Part shown: positions 39,773-52,201 of the stretch, piece after piece
Layout: each line of letters starts with the position of its first letter
Position numbering within the stretch: the first letter of the stretch is position 1
NCBI RefSeq assembly: GCF_037042905.1
Contig: NC_087251.1
Location: forward strand, 4,962,001-5,026,000
DNA: 64,000 nucleotides
Direction of reading: 5' to 3'
DNA from: Lytechinus pictus
Taxonomy: Eukaryota
Position numbers and translations under genes: made by a program
The notes under the pieces: model-generated
What the model was told of the DNA's origin: nothing
Seen by the model: only the letters and a program-made list of their open reading frames with translations
The model's database searches: none

Positions 39773-41939
39773 TATGGGTATAATAATCACTTCTTGTTTT
39801 TTAACATAATTTGGAACAAATTCTTTTCATTTCAATCTCTATATCACTAATCCCTTACCTGAAGAGAAAGTATATATGTTACCTGTAATGGGTGGGAGCG
39901 CAAAACCCTTTGAATATAAAAATATTACTCTGTTTTTCCTTTTTCGCGGTCTCGCGCCCCTCAAAGTGCCGACCAGGGCTCCGTAACTTAAAAGTTTGCA
40001 ATCAATCGCTAAATACGAATGACCGATCAAGATCATTGTTGCATGCACATTTTGTTTAAAACACTGACCGAGAACCAATCAGTGCGGTTTTTTTCATATT
40101 CGCGATTCATCGCAAACCTTTGTGTTACGAGACCCGGGTGATTTTATTTAAACTCTATTATAAATCATAAATAGATTGACTGTTAAGCATTTTAGTTACT
40201 GCTTTAAATTTTTATCTTCTGTTACTTGATATGACAATTTTTCTGAAAAGAGTACAATTCAGGACTTCTTCGCAAGACCATTTTATCTTCAGAGGAGCTG
40301 TTTTGGTTATTCATTCATATTATGTAGTTCATTTGGGGGGGGTCCAAGAAAAAATCCCTTCGAAAGTCATTGGCGTTTTTATCGTTCTATCACAATCTCC
40401 GATTATCTATCGGCTTGATTGTAAAGCGGTTACCATGACAACGGCCTCCAATGATGGAAGATGAGCTAGACATCTTCTATTTTATTCGATGGGTAAACAT
40501 TCTAGGTCTGATAGAACGTTGGCCCGCTCACCATTGTAATGAGCCATTTTACTCCTTACATTCTTTTACATTATAATGAATACCAAGAACTATGAGGGAG
40601 ACGATATCATACTGGAAGAAGTATACTCATCTTATATGCAGTATATCAATATTATGTTTATTCCTAAATGGTCATTCATGCATTTGCTTTTATTTTTCAA
40701 ATATCAGCCAAAGATCAATTATGGATTTGAAAAATTCGTATTCTAGACAAATATATTTTTATCAGAATCTATGTGAAGTCACATATAATGCGTATGACAG
40801 ATGTAATCTCTCTGAATAGTTAACATGTTGGAGTATAGTTAACCTTTAATACCCTAATTTTCACTAATATGACACTTTTCTGTGATACAATGTTGTATAG
40901 TACTGCTGGTCGAATAATATGTGGGTTTTTTTTTAATTCGTCGTTATTGTAACAAGTTGTTTCCTGTAAATATTTGCAATCCGACATTTTACCACACTGA
41001 CAGTACTTTTAAGCCATGTTTAATTTAATTCAATTGAATTGAAGTGTCATAATAATAGAGAAACGATGCACATGTATTACAATGTGTACAATCGTGTAAC
41101 TTGCCAGAATGTATAAGCGGATTAATTAATTGATTTTTTTTTTACATGTGTTTTTCCATATCTTTTGGACTTTCTTGTGTAATTCTTTTTTTTTAGTCCA
41201 TCCATATCTTATTGTCTCTATTTAATTCGCCTTCTTGTAATCCTTCCATGGTCACACGTTCTCTATCTTCTTTATTCATACATCCATCTCTTATCCCATG
41301 CCTCCCATCACGTCCATCTCCAAATCCCTTTCCTTCCCGCCTCGCTCCTCCCAACAACCCATCCGAGACTTCCCCCAAACACTTCTCGTTTCCGGCTTCT
41401 CGTGCCCCGCGAGACGAGACAATGGCCCTACCAACCTGGGTGACCTCGCCAAAGTTACCATCCCAGCTTCCGGTTTAATCCTCCTAGGATCTTTGTACGT
41501 TCCAGGATCATCCTTCATAATGATTATCATAATTATTCAACTTTTCATCCTGTTAACTTATGCAAAGACGGTGTCTGTGCAGGATAATGCGGCGGTAATA
41601 TAAGCTGATCCAAAATCACACGGTCATGCGTGCATGCTTTTTAACGAAAACACAGGCACAATATCTTCCTTACGGGTCTTTTGCAGTACTTTTTAACCAA
41701 ACATCTTTTCTCTCTAAAATTTTAACTCATGTGATTTGATTTATACGATAAAATACATCAAATTGTTCATTATTACATTAATATGTATTCCTATATTTGA
41801 CTGATTTGTTTGCCCAGTCAAAATCTGAGTAAGCAATCATAATGTATACTTTATCAAAAATAAATTTATATAGTGATAGTATATATTTATCCCAATTAAT
41901 GGCTGATATATAGTTAAATATTAGTTTTACCTCTTTATA

Positions 41940-42236
41940 GGCCTATAAGCATTCAATTCATATCCAAACAAGTTCGAGATGTCTGCCTTTTCTACTTGGC
42001 TTCTTTTTAGGTATAAAAGGAATGTTCTACCTATAATAGTTTGGAGTTAGGGTAAAATTGTTTTATGTAATTACTTTGTAATGTATTATTATGTAAGGGC
42101 CAATATTTTACAAGCTTCGGTTTCTTTTTTTGGTCTTAACCATTTTGTTATATATTATGCTTTTGTGATCGATTTATATTTTATGTTGGTTTAATAAAAT
42201 GAATGAATGAAAAGAATGAATGAATGAATAAATAAA
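41940..42236 (+). mobile_element. Decayed L2/Crack-like LINE 3' end
   Basis: T-rich 3' UTR-like sequence with ggcc...acaagcttcgg...ggtc, aataaa at 42193 and a (gaat)n tail. The 5' boundary is uncertain. Confidence 0.45.
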
Positions 42237-43610
42237 CTTTGTTTGGCCCAATCGAGTCACTTTCTTTTAAAACATTAGTGTCAAATTGTAAAGTCCTTTC
42301 TGAAAATCTCATGCATTTACTGTAGGTTTAAGATTCATCAGAGTGCTATTGTGTATACTTTATTTCTTAGAATATGTTTTGAAGTACGTGGTATTATTTC
42401 CTTTCAATCACACTCTCCGTTTCTGCCAGTCTGTCTGTCTGTTTGTCTGCCTTTGTTTCTGTCTCCTTCTCTGCTCATCTCCTCATTTTTTTTATGACGT
42501 CAAATATCGTACAGTGCATCCCTGAATTATTGGTCACCAGGTCAACAAATAAGCAATTCGCTTTGATTGTATACAGTAATGATGATAATACGTATTTTGA
42601 CCACCATTTAAGCTAATCCACTTAAAATAGAACGAAGTATTTAAAGAACTTTTCCTCGTTTCCAGTTCGACTGTCCATTTTCTGAAAAACGAGACGACTG
42701 TAAACACAAACATGATAAACAAATAATAAGAATGAACACTCTACAGAGAGTTGTTTGTCGATTTCACCATCCGAGGCTCTAAGATTCGAACCAAGGTTTA
42801 GTGTCAAGGTAAAGGGTTCTTGACCTAAGGACGTGGTTTGGTTTCTTAAGACAAACAAACTTAAAGAATAAACTGGTTGAAGTTGACTAGTCTTCTTGCC
42901 ACGGTTAATATAGACAATGCACTGACCATGAATGGTGGTTGTATGCTAACGATCACGTGACAGAAGAACGCAGACGATCCAAATATGTAAACATATTAAT
43001 CGCGCCAAGAACAATATGACGTCACTACCTCGGAAGGTCATCGACATTTTGTATGATCGAAGGTAGATCTGAAGTCATTCCAAGTTGCTATGTGTTTAAA
43101 GTCAACCATGTTAATCTAAAGGTCAATAACTTACATGACTCTTTTGTTTAGGGATTTTTCACGATGCTTAATGATATTAATGAGCTTTCTAAGAAAACGT
43201 TCCCATACAGGAAACAAGTTTTTTGTATACATATACTTGATGTGGGATAACTTTATGTCTTGGTATTTGGCTTTTAGTGGTCTTGTTCACTTTGTCTTTT
43301 GTGTAGACAATCTCTACCCGAAGAAGGTGCATCTCTAATAATCTTGTGACTTTAGCTCGAAACCCTAAACAGACGATAAAAATAGTTTGTTCTATTGTTT
43401 TAAGTAATTAGATTATCATTCTGATGCACTCCTTATTATCCCTTGGACATAGATAGTGATCTACAATTAAAAAAGGGAGCAAAGCGATCAAGAAAGAGCT
43501 TTCTCCATTTATGTGAGAATGCGATTCACAATAGGAAATGTTGAAATTAAATATATTGTTCGTTCACATAGTGAAATCTTTGAATATAAAGATTCACTCG
43601 CGAATATATA

Positions 43611-44109
43611 CACTGTTAGAAAAGTTATCCTTAAAATAAAAGAAGTTCCTGCAGCAGAGTCTCGAGAACACCTGTAATCTTACCAGATTGCGTAATCTAA
43701 CAGGAAATTGGTATTTGGTGTATGGAATCTTACAAATTTCCTTTAATAAAACACAATTTTCCCCTTTTTAAACAGACCTGGGGGTGTTTCACAAAGATTT
43801 AAGTATGATTTAAATCGCACTTAAATGCCGACGCGTATCTGAAATGCAACGCGCTATCTAATTGATCAATATACAATAGTGCGCGTCCTCTTTGCATGAT
43901 CTCACCAATGCGGTCATGGCTTTTGTGCCGCGCACAACTAGGCATTTAAGTGCGACTCTAAGTCATAATTAAATCTTTGTGAAACACCCCCCTGTTCTGT
44001 TAAATTGCATAAAAATTCTTGTTTCATGAATTTTCAGAATGATTCTGTACTTGCTTTTTGCAAAATCTTCTCTCTTTTTTTCTGTAAAATCACAGTTTTT
44101 TTTACACTG
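43611..44109. mobile_element. CACTG-terminated MITE with TA flanks (host of a nested element)
   Basis: ta-cactgttagaaaa at the left and tttttttacactg-ta at the right (imperfect TIR). Confidence 0.6.
43781..43990. mobile_element. PIF/Harbinger-like MITE, 210 bp, nested
   Basis: TIRs of about 50 bp, the first 22 bp perfect (ggggtgtttcacaaagatttaa). Direct repeat cctg at 43777-43780 and 43991-43994. Confidence 0.9.
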
Positions 44110-47100
44110 TAGGGGTCGCAATGTTAAATTTCATTAACTTAAGAATTTGAAGATGATTTTTCGTTGTGATTTATATGCACAGTAAACACAATCTGAGATA
44201 CGCTCAGGATATTGCATTCTTCCCCGCAGGTTGGATATAATTTATATTCAAAATATGATATATTTATTACGTTACATGAGATAACCATTTGCTTAAAGTG
44301 TAAGACTTGCATACATTTGTATTGTAAGTATTTTAGATCAATATTCAATAAAACAAAATCATTAAAATTAAATGAAAGCCATGTCTCCTTTCACGGGCCA
44401 ACATTTAAGTAAAAATCAGCGCCCTATCCATCCTCCCATAAATTATCATACCTAATTGTGTTAAATATTACAAGACATATCTATTCTTCTTCTCTTTAAG
44501 ACTGTATCTAGGAAAATAACCTCGTCATCGACCTTCTAAGAACTTCATTACCACTTGATGATTAAGGTTTTTTGTTATCTTATTCTTCAAGTAAACTGAT
44601 TATTGGAATTGGTAGGTCTTTTCGAAAATGATTGTGAATTTTCTATTTATCACTTAATTCACCCTGGTCCCTTTTCGATTTAGAGTTCTATCCCAGCCCG
44701 TCTTATCATGAGTTTATCTTTGCGAATAATATTACTGTTAGGTTCGTGTAAGAATCCACTAAAGATGTTAAAGAGGAAAAATAATAAATCCAAAATGGCG
44801 GCTTAGCAACGGGCGATGGTGATATCTATGCGGCCTTCGAACCCGTATTGCATGCCATTATGGGGAGTTTGGTTAATATTTAACTTAGAGCGGGTACAGA
44901 GAGAAGCGTACACCCCTCAATGACTAACATGGTATAGGATATATTAATCTTTGTCAGACTCTATACAGTGACTATGCAAATTATGATGGAAGAGGGATAT
45001 GGACAGATATTAAGGGGAAAGAAGCGGGAATAGGCATGCCATCAAAACCGTTCCTGTATTATGGACTGTATTGGGCAGTGCAGTCGACCGAAACTGTGAA
45101 AAGAGCACATTCCATTAAGAAATATCACATTAAAAGTACTGTTTGCCACGTCAGTAATGATAATTTAGTATGTAATCAATATTACAGGTGTTTTAAGTCA
45201 TACTGATAGAATTCTTTAAATAAAACTGGCTCTGATTAATTGTCTGGTTTATAACAACCATGAAATTATAACTTAAACAATTTCTATAATATTTTGGCTG
45301 CTTGCTTTACAGAAATGTAGAATAAAAAATACATATGAATCTAAACAATCTAGATTAAATTTGAGAGAAATATACAAAATCAACTTAAAACAGCTGCTAT
45401 TAAAGTTGCAAAGATACATTATAAACAATTCAAGTTTAATTTAAATTAAATTACCCCAAAAATAATAAATGAGTAAAAAAAAAAATCAACTTTTCCCTTC
45501 AGGTTTTCTCTTGTTTGATAAAGTATGTAAGGTATACATAATATATAAAATGTATTCTCTTACCATCTCTGTAATCATGACATAACAATATCCTTCAGAT
45601 GTTGTGCAGTATATAATATTAAAATGGCGGGGTAAAGCGACGTGTCTGATTAAAAAAAAAAACACGAAATGCCATGTCTAAAGGAATTGCGTGTCATGCA
45701 GGCATTAAATCGATCCCTATAAGCATAATAGAAAAAAGGGGGTATTCATGAATTATGATTACAAAATAAAAATCATGTCGATGTGAGGGAACCACCCCTT
45801 GATGTTATTCCCTAGGGGTTTGTGTGCTGAGAGGAGTACATGCTTGCCATGAATAATACTACCGGAATCTTCACAAGACAACTGATGTCTTGTCACAATA
45901 AGAGACCCTTACATCAATCAAAATCTTTTTTCTTCCCTAAGGTCGAAGAGAAATACAAATCTTATTCTCAATAAGAGAAGAGGGAATAGAATCATCTTGG
46001 TCTTCCCAAGACGATATTAGAAGCACAAACAAGATGGGATAGACTTAAACTTGAATAGATTGACCTTGGGAGGTTGGTGTGAAACTCGATTGTTTGGTCA
46101 CGAGGTACCGAGCAGTCCCAAGAATAGTTTGCACTCGAACGTGTCTTCCCAACACTTCTACCTTAGTACATAACTAAAGAACCCCCTTTAATACCTTGTC
46201 GAGGCATGACAGTCGTCAATGGAGTCTTTAAATTGAAATGGTGTTCTCGATTTAACAAGTTTTCGGACCGGTTTTTGTCCCGCACACGGCTGAGCTAACG
46301 CCTTCTATTGTGGAATGCAAGATGATAAAATAAGATTTGAAATCACGGCATCTATCATAATGCAATGACTGTATGCAGCTTGTCAAAACAAATTATTCCT
46401 CAGCTAAGCAAACTTTACCTATGAATTAGAAAATGTTTGCTTCCAGAAATTAATAAATACATTCTATATAATTCGCTGATATGGAGAGATGATTTAAAAC
46501 TTACCAGCCATTAGACTTTTGAGGCCGGAGATCTATAAATCTTTAGTACCAGCGGATTTTGTTTTCTTGTATATTATGGTCACAAAACCACTCGGAAATT
46601 CAAGCACTAAACTTGTTACAATATCACTTTGACAATTCTAAAAGCGACATACAATCGGTAAAACCATTAGTTATACCATTTTCAGACATATAGAAACCAC
46701 AGAATTATCTAAAAGAGAGAAAGTAAAATTAAAAAATAAAGTAAAGTAACATCTATCGACTCTTTGCACGTCAAAGATGCAAGAGATTGAATTATTATAT
46801 TTCTTTATTTTCACAATAATAGGTATACATGGAAAATAATACTTCGTGTAAATAATGTAAAATATTAATAAAGTTCGAAGCCACTGAAAGCATTGCCTGG
46901 TCTTTGATCTATGCTCGAGGTTGATTGAAATACAGTCGAACTGCTTTGTAATCCGACTATAATGCATAAAATTCACAGAAGATATTTTGTTGAGTTTGGA
47001 AAGGGAACAAAATGCGCTGATTTTTTTTTATCCTTCTGATCTTAGCCGCTTGTAAAGTGTTGTTCTTGCTACTTTAACGGTTTAATGCTTTATAATCACC

Positions 47101-48074
47101 AATTAAGTTTTACGATCAAGTTTAAGTTCTCAATCCTACAAAGACTGCGTCTGAGAATTCTATTCATCTTTTGTAAAAACAAAACCATCACTAGGAGCAA
47201 ACAAATGAACGAACAGAATAGGTGATCAGTTAAAGCAGTGTAATCTTTAATACAGTCGGTTATTGTGTTTACGGTTAAAGCAAAGTTTCGTAGACTAGCT
47301 CTATTCACCACAGTAATCCAATACTTGACTACCACTGATCTTGTAATTTATGACCCCAAATCCCTTTTATATAGTCATTCATACACTTGAGACAAAACGT
47401 CATCTAACATTCGATTTGTTCTATATTTTAATAACCCGATTGTTGTCTACCGTAAACAATAACTACTTAATATGTTAATAAACGTGATGTTTGCTTTTGT
47501 TTATCATTGTTTCATGTCACTGTTAAAAACAATAAAAACAGGATTAAATACACTGTTTTCTCACAGAATGTGATGCTCAAAAGACACGACCTAAGTCATC
47601 TGAAATGTCTTGAATTAGACCAAATGACTCCGCATCTATTGGCCTGGTATAATCCATCAATCCAGGATCAAAAGAAAAGTAGTGCCCGTTTGCAAGGCAT
47701 AAATCATTATCGGGCCCCTCGTAAATATCAAAACTATAGGTCCTCTTGTTAATTACTTTAAAAAATATATGCCTTCTATTATCAGTCAGCTGAAAAGTAA
47801 GGTATCACAGCCATAATTAAGCTCTAAACAAGTGGAGTTAGATTTTTTTGCCAGATTTTGGGTAAAAAATAGATATATATTGTAGGTATATATTATAAGT
47901 GATATAAATGATCAAATTTCATACAGCAATGTGTGGCGTATAGCCTACAAAGTATTTTGTGTTTTTAACCCATCAAAACCTATTTATTCCCCTTCTAACC
48001 CAATATTTGGTAATCGGTTTTTATGGTTTAAACAACCGTCAAAAATTAGTTAATCATTCATATACTGATTGCAT

Positions 48075-48819
48075 TGATTTAGCCAACGGTTTGGTTTGGT
48101 TAACTTGGCTCCTGAAGAAGTCCATATTGTTGCGAGTACAAAGATGTAACAAGCAATGATAGGATTGATATTATTACGTAACATTAAACAATAATGCTCT
48201 ACCCAATAAATTTGATATGATATCCATTTCAATGGTATATCCCTTTTTGCCAGAGAAGCTACCAATATAGAAGTGATAATGATATGAGGTCCAGACAAGA
48301 CCTACATTTTAGTTCGCTAACTGCGCTCGCTCATGAAATGTTTAATCGATATAATTTGAGTAATGTGATAACGATTCTCATATATTATTTATTTAGCAAG
48401 ATGTCTGACTGCCCCCAGCATACGTTGAATATACCCCCCCCAAAAAAAAAAAATGATGCGGACCTAATCGGTATTTGTGAAGGAATCTTGTGTTCGAACG
48501 AAAATATTCCCGTCTGTTACTCACTTTGCACATTGGTACACATGATGTATGTTGCATAAAAGAAAAGTGGCATCTTTTTGGCCAGAGTTTTCAATGTGTT
48601 ATTTACCAATGACATAACTTGGTGTGCCAGAGTTTTTATGGCAAAAAATGTATGCAAGGCCCATGTTGATGACAGAAATGTTATTTGAATAATGTGTCCA
48701 AGAATATATCTTGATTGCGAGTCATGTTGGTCTCGCACGACCGCCCAAATCTTTGTACTCGCAACAATATGAACTTCTTCAGGAGCCAAGTTAACCAAAC
48801 CAAACCGTTGGCTAAATCA
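48075..48819. repeat. 71-bp inverted repeat with a 603-bp spacer
   Basis: 48075-48145 versus 48749-48819, 70 of 71 complementary. The ORF track shows DLANGLVWLTWLLKK on both strands. Confidence 0.92.
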
Positions 48820-50675
48820 CTACAGCATTGTTTTGTATTTATCAGTTTTAACCATGACCACACTGCTCCTTAATGCCTTATATGAGTGTTTTTGTTTTTT
48901 GTTAGTTATTACCGTATATCGAATGTCGGGATGAGATTCTGAATTATTTTCGAATGATTTATATCAATAGGATCATTGGGAAATTTGAAGATAACATGAA
49001 GACATTTTATCAAGAGCGTGTACACTGTAAGAAACAAAATGAATATTGTACTTCAACCAATATGCCAAATCTGATGACATTTACATGATTTAGTAGGTGC
49101 AATATACATTAAATTTTAAGTGTACTGCTTTTCAGTGAAAAGGTTCGGAATTTCTGCTATGAATAAAAAAGTGAAAGATTAATGTAATACAATATTTCAA
49201 ATGACTTAATTCTGAAAGTGAATGTAATGCCAGGATACCTTGCAGCGTGACGTCCATTCATGTTTCATTTCCCAACACAGCTCTCTATTTATTGGCAGTA
49301 CTCAAGTGATGTACGCCTCGTCATAGTGGTCGCCCTTACTTCATTTTTAGCTCACTAATTCCACTAATTATTGGACCTTTGTACACTAGCAAACATCACT
49401 TAGGTGCGAGGAAATCTTAAACTACCCCATCGAAAAGAGCAAACACCACCCTGATTTTCTATAGCAATACTGATATACAAGACCTGGTGTGTAGGCTTAT
49501 GCATAAAGAATTTGAATCAGTTTCAGAAAGATTGAATAAAAATCACATAATATAGGGGGATGAACAGGTGTGTATGTTGGGTAAAATATTAAGCAAGAAT
49601 AATTTTCAGTGGTAATCTTTCACACACTGGGTAAAATGGGTAAAATTGGCGTTATGTTTATCCTGGGCCAAATTAGTCAAATTCTTTCTTTATCCAATAT
49701 GAAAAACTCCTTTTTTAATATAAATGCGAAGTTTCTCATTAACTTAATTTCAACCGTTTAATAACCTTCCAATAAATACAGACAACATCTTCTTATTTTT
49801 CTGTTTATTGATGAAGTTTTCCTCGATTTGACACAAAAAGAGTAAAACAATACTCTGAGGGCCCTATATAACATTCAATATGGTGCAAAACGTACGCCGT
49901 TGATTAATTCGGATCTAAATTAACACAATAAATAGTCCCCATTTTAAAACTAAATTTCCAAGGCTGTATATGAGGCCAAGAAAAAAAGTTTATAACTGGA
50001 ACGATCAAACCTCTAAAAAAATTTCCAAGACATTGACAAAATTAATTTGCTGTGCGGCATTTTAGGACCAAAAATATCTATCATTTTATGAATGTGTAGT
50101 TCTCTGCATTTCAGTTCAGTAAAAAGTAAAACATATGATGCCTAAGTAAAAAATATGATGCCTAAAACTAGTATTATTTTTTAAGACAGTATCAAATTAG
50201 AAATTTATAACACAGTAAACAAGGTTACAATACATATCAATATCCAATTAATGATATTTCACCTTGACTTTCTTATTTTTTATACTATTGAACCTAACAT
50301 TGACTGAAAAGTATAGGAGACAGGCAAATCATTAAGTTATTATCTTAGCATTATAACAAATTTATTATACGATCGGCATTTCTTTTATAATTTTAGTCCT
50401 ACATTACATAATGATGACCATGATGATAATAGGGCTCTGGTTATAGTGGTTTATGGGCACTCTTTCTTTAATCTATTGGATAAACAAAAATAAGGCTTTC
50501 TTATTGGGGGTTCGATTCCCATGTTGTTTTCAAACATCAGAAAAAAGAATGAAAAAACGGGTCAATATTTACTCAATCTGAGCTTCAACAAAAAGAAAGA
50601 GGGGGGGGGGGAGGCAGGGGGTAATGACATGATCATGGCGTATCTGTAGGGGTCAAGGTAGTATGCATCGGTCAT

Positions 50676-51253
50676 AAGTTGATTTGAATAAAAAGAGAAA
50701 AATCCAACAAGCATAACACTGACAATTTCATCAAAATCGGATGTTAAATAAGAAAGTTATGACATTTTAAATTTTCGCTTAATTTCATAAAACAGTTGTT
50801 TGCAAATCGTGATCAGTATGCAAATGAGGAGACTGATGACGTCATCCACTCACTATTTCTTTTGTATTTCATTATATGAAATGTGAAATATTCTAATGTT
50901 CTCCTCATTGTCAAGTGAAACAAAGATTAATTCCTTCCTGAACATGTGGAATTAGTATTGTTTTAATACTATATGGTTCAGTCAAATTGGTCCTTATCGT
51001 TAAATCTGTAAAAAATGAAATATTGTATAATTCAAACAATAAAAAAAAAAAGAAATAGTGAGTGATGGACATCATCGACTGTCTCATTTGCGTGTCACTG
51101 AAATGTGCATTTAACTGTTTTGTGAAAAAAAATAAGCGAAACTTTAAAATCTTTCTTATTTTACATCCGATTTTGATTAAATTTTTAGCGTTTTGCTCGT
51201 TTGATTTTTCTCTATTTATTCAAATCATCATTTTTCTGGGGTAGACTTGACCT
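50676..51253 (-). mobile_element. Inverted copy of the 37432-38030 MITE, left terminus lost
   Basis: Ends ctggggtagacttgacct-TTAA (51254-51257); the body aligns by eye with the reverse complement of 37432-38010. Confidence 0.88.
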
Positions 51254-51935
51254 TTAAGAAAAGGTGAAGACAAAATTTGAAAGTTGAATCTTATAAATCA
51301 CCCAAGAAGCTACGGGTGTCTAAGTTAAAAGAGGCAGTATCAACGCCAATCACCAAATTATCATTATGAACAAGATAAGCAGAATATTCCAAACTATCAT
51401 CCTACTACTTTTGATTTGGTATTTTTCTTTAAAAAAACATTCAGTAATTCGTGTTAATTACCTTATCACATATAAAAGAGCATTCTACTATGTTTTGGTA
51501 TGTGAATTATCATGTCATACATGTAATAAGCGATGGTGGATGTGAAAATGTAACCAGCGTGCCTTCATTGAAAAGAATTAAATTGAAATTGAACTGGTAT
51601 TCACTGAATATATACATATTTTGCTGACCCAAAGTGGATTTAAATTGTGAGTTATTGCTATATTACATGTACCGTTAACCCTATACTAGAATACCATCAC
51701 AATAGTGTGACGCCATCTGACGGGTAGAATGGTAAGCATGAAATTCAACGGCACAGACATGACAGAGGTGTCTAATTCATTATTAATGCTTCATTTCAAT
51801 TATTTCGATGCCAATTTTTGGTTGGTAAAGAACACTGAAATATAATGGTCCTATAGCAACTACTATTTCATAAACGAGACAACATAAATTGTATGCATAT
51901 ATTACCCAACTTATTTCAGATAAATTGTTTGTGCA

Positions 51936-52201
51936 CACTCTAAAAAATATTGGGTAAAAGCGCTCCATGAGGGTAATCATGGTAATTATGTGTCCAACCA
52001 ACATTGGGCATTTATTTTGGACATTCTTATTTGTCCAGTATGATTAAAATTTTACCCATTCTAAAGTAATTGCTTCTTAATTTTTTACCCTTCCTGGGCA
52101 ATATGCTTCCCGCATTGGGTAAAATACATGCCCCAAATTGGTTTGACAATTTAATTACCCTCGTGGTGGTAAAAATTTTACCCAATATTTTTTACATGGT
52201 G
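51936..52201. mobile_element. CAC-terminated (EnSpm/CACTA-like) MITE
   Basis: cactctaaaaaatattgggtaaaa at the left and ttttacccaatattttttacatggtg at the right; inner inverted pair gagggtaat / attaccctc. Confidence 0.75.

Noticed and set aside
50432..50520. A-box-like and B-box (ggttcgattccc) motifs as a tRNA gene
   Set aside because: No cloverleaf can be formed; at most a decayed SINE head.
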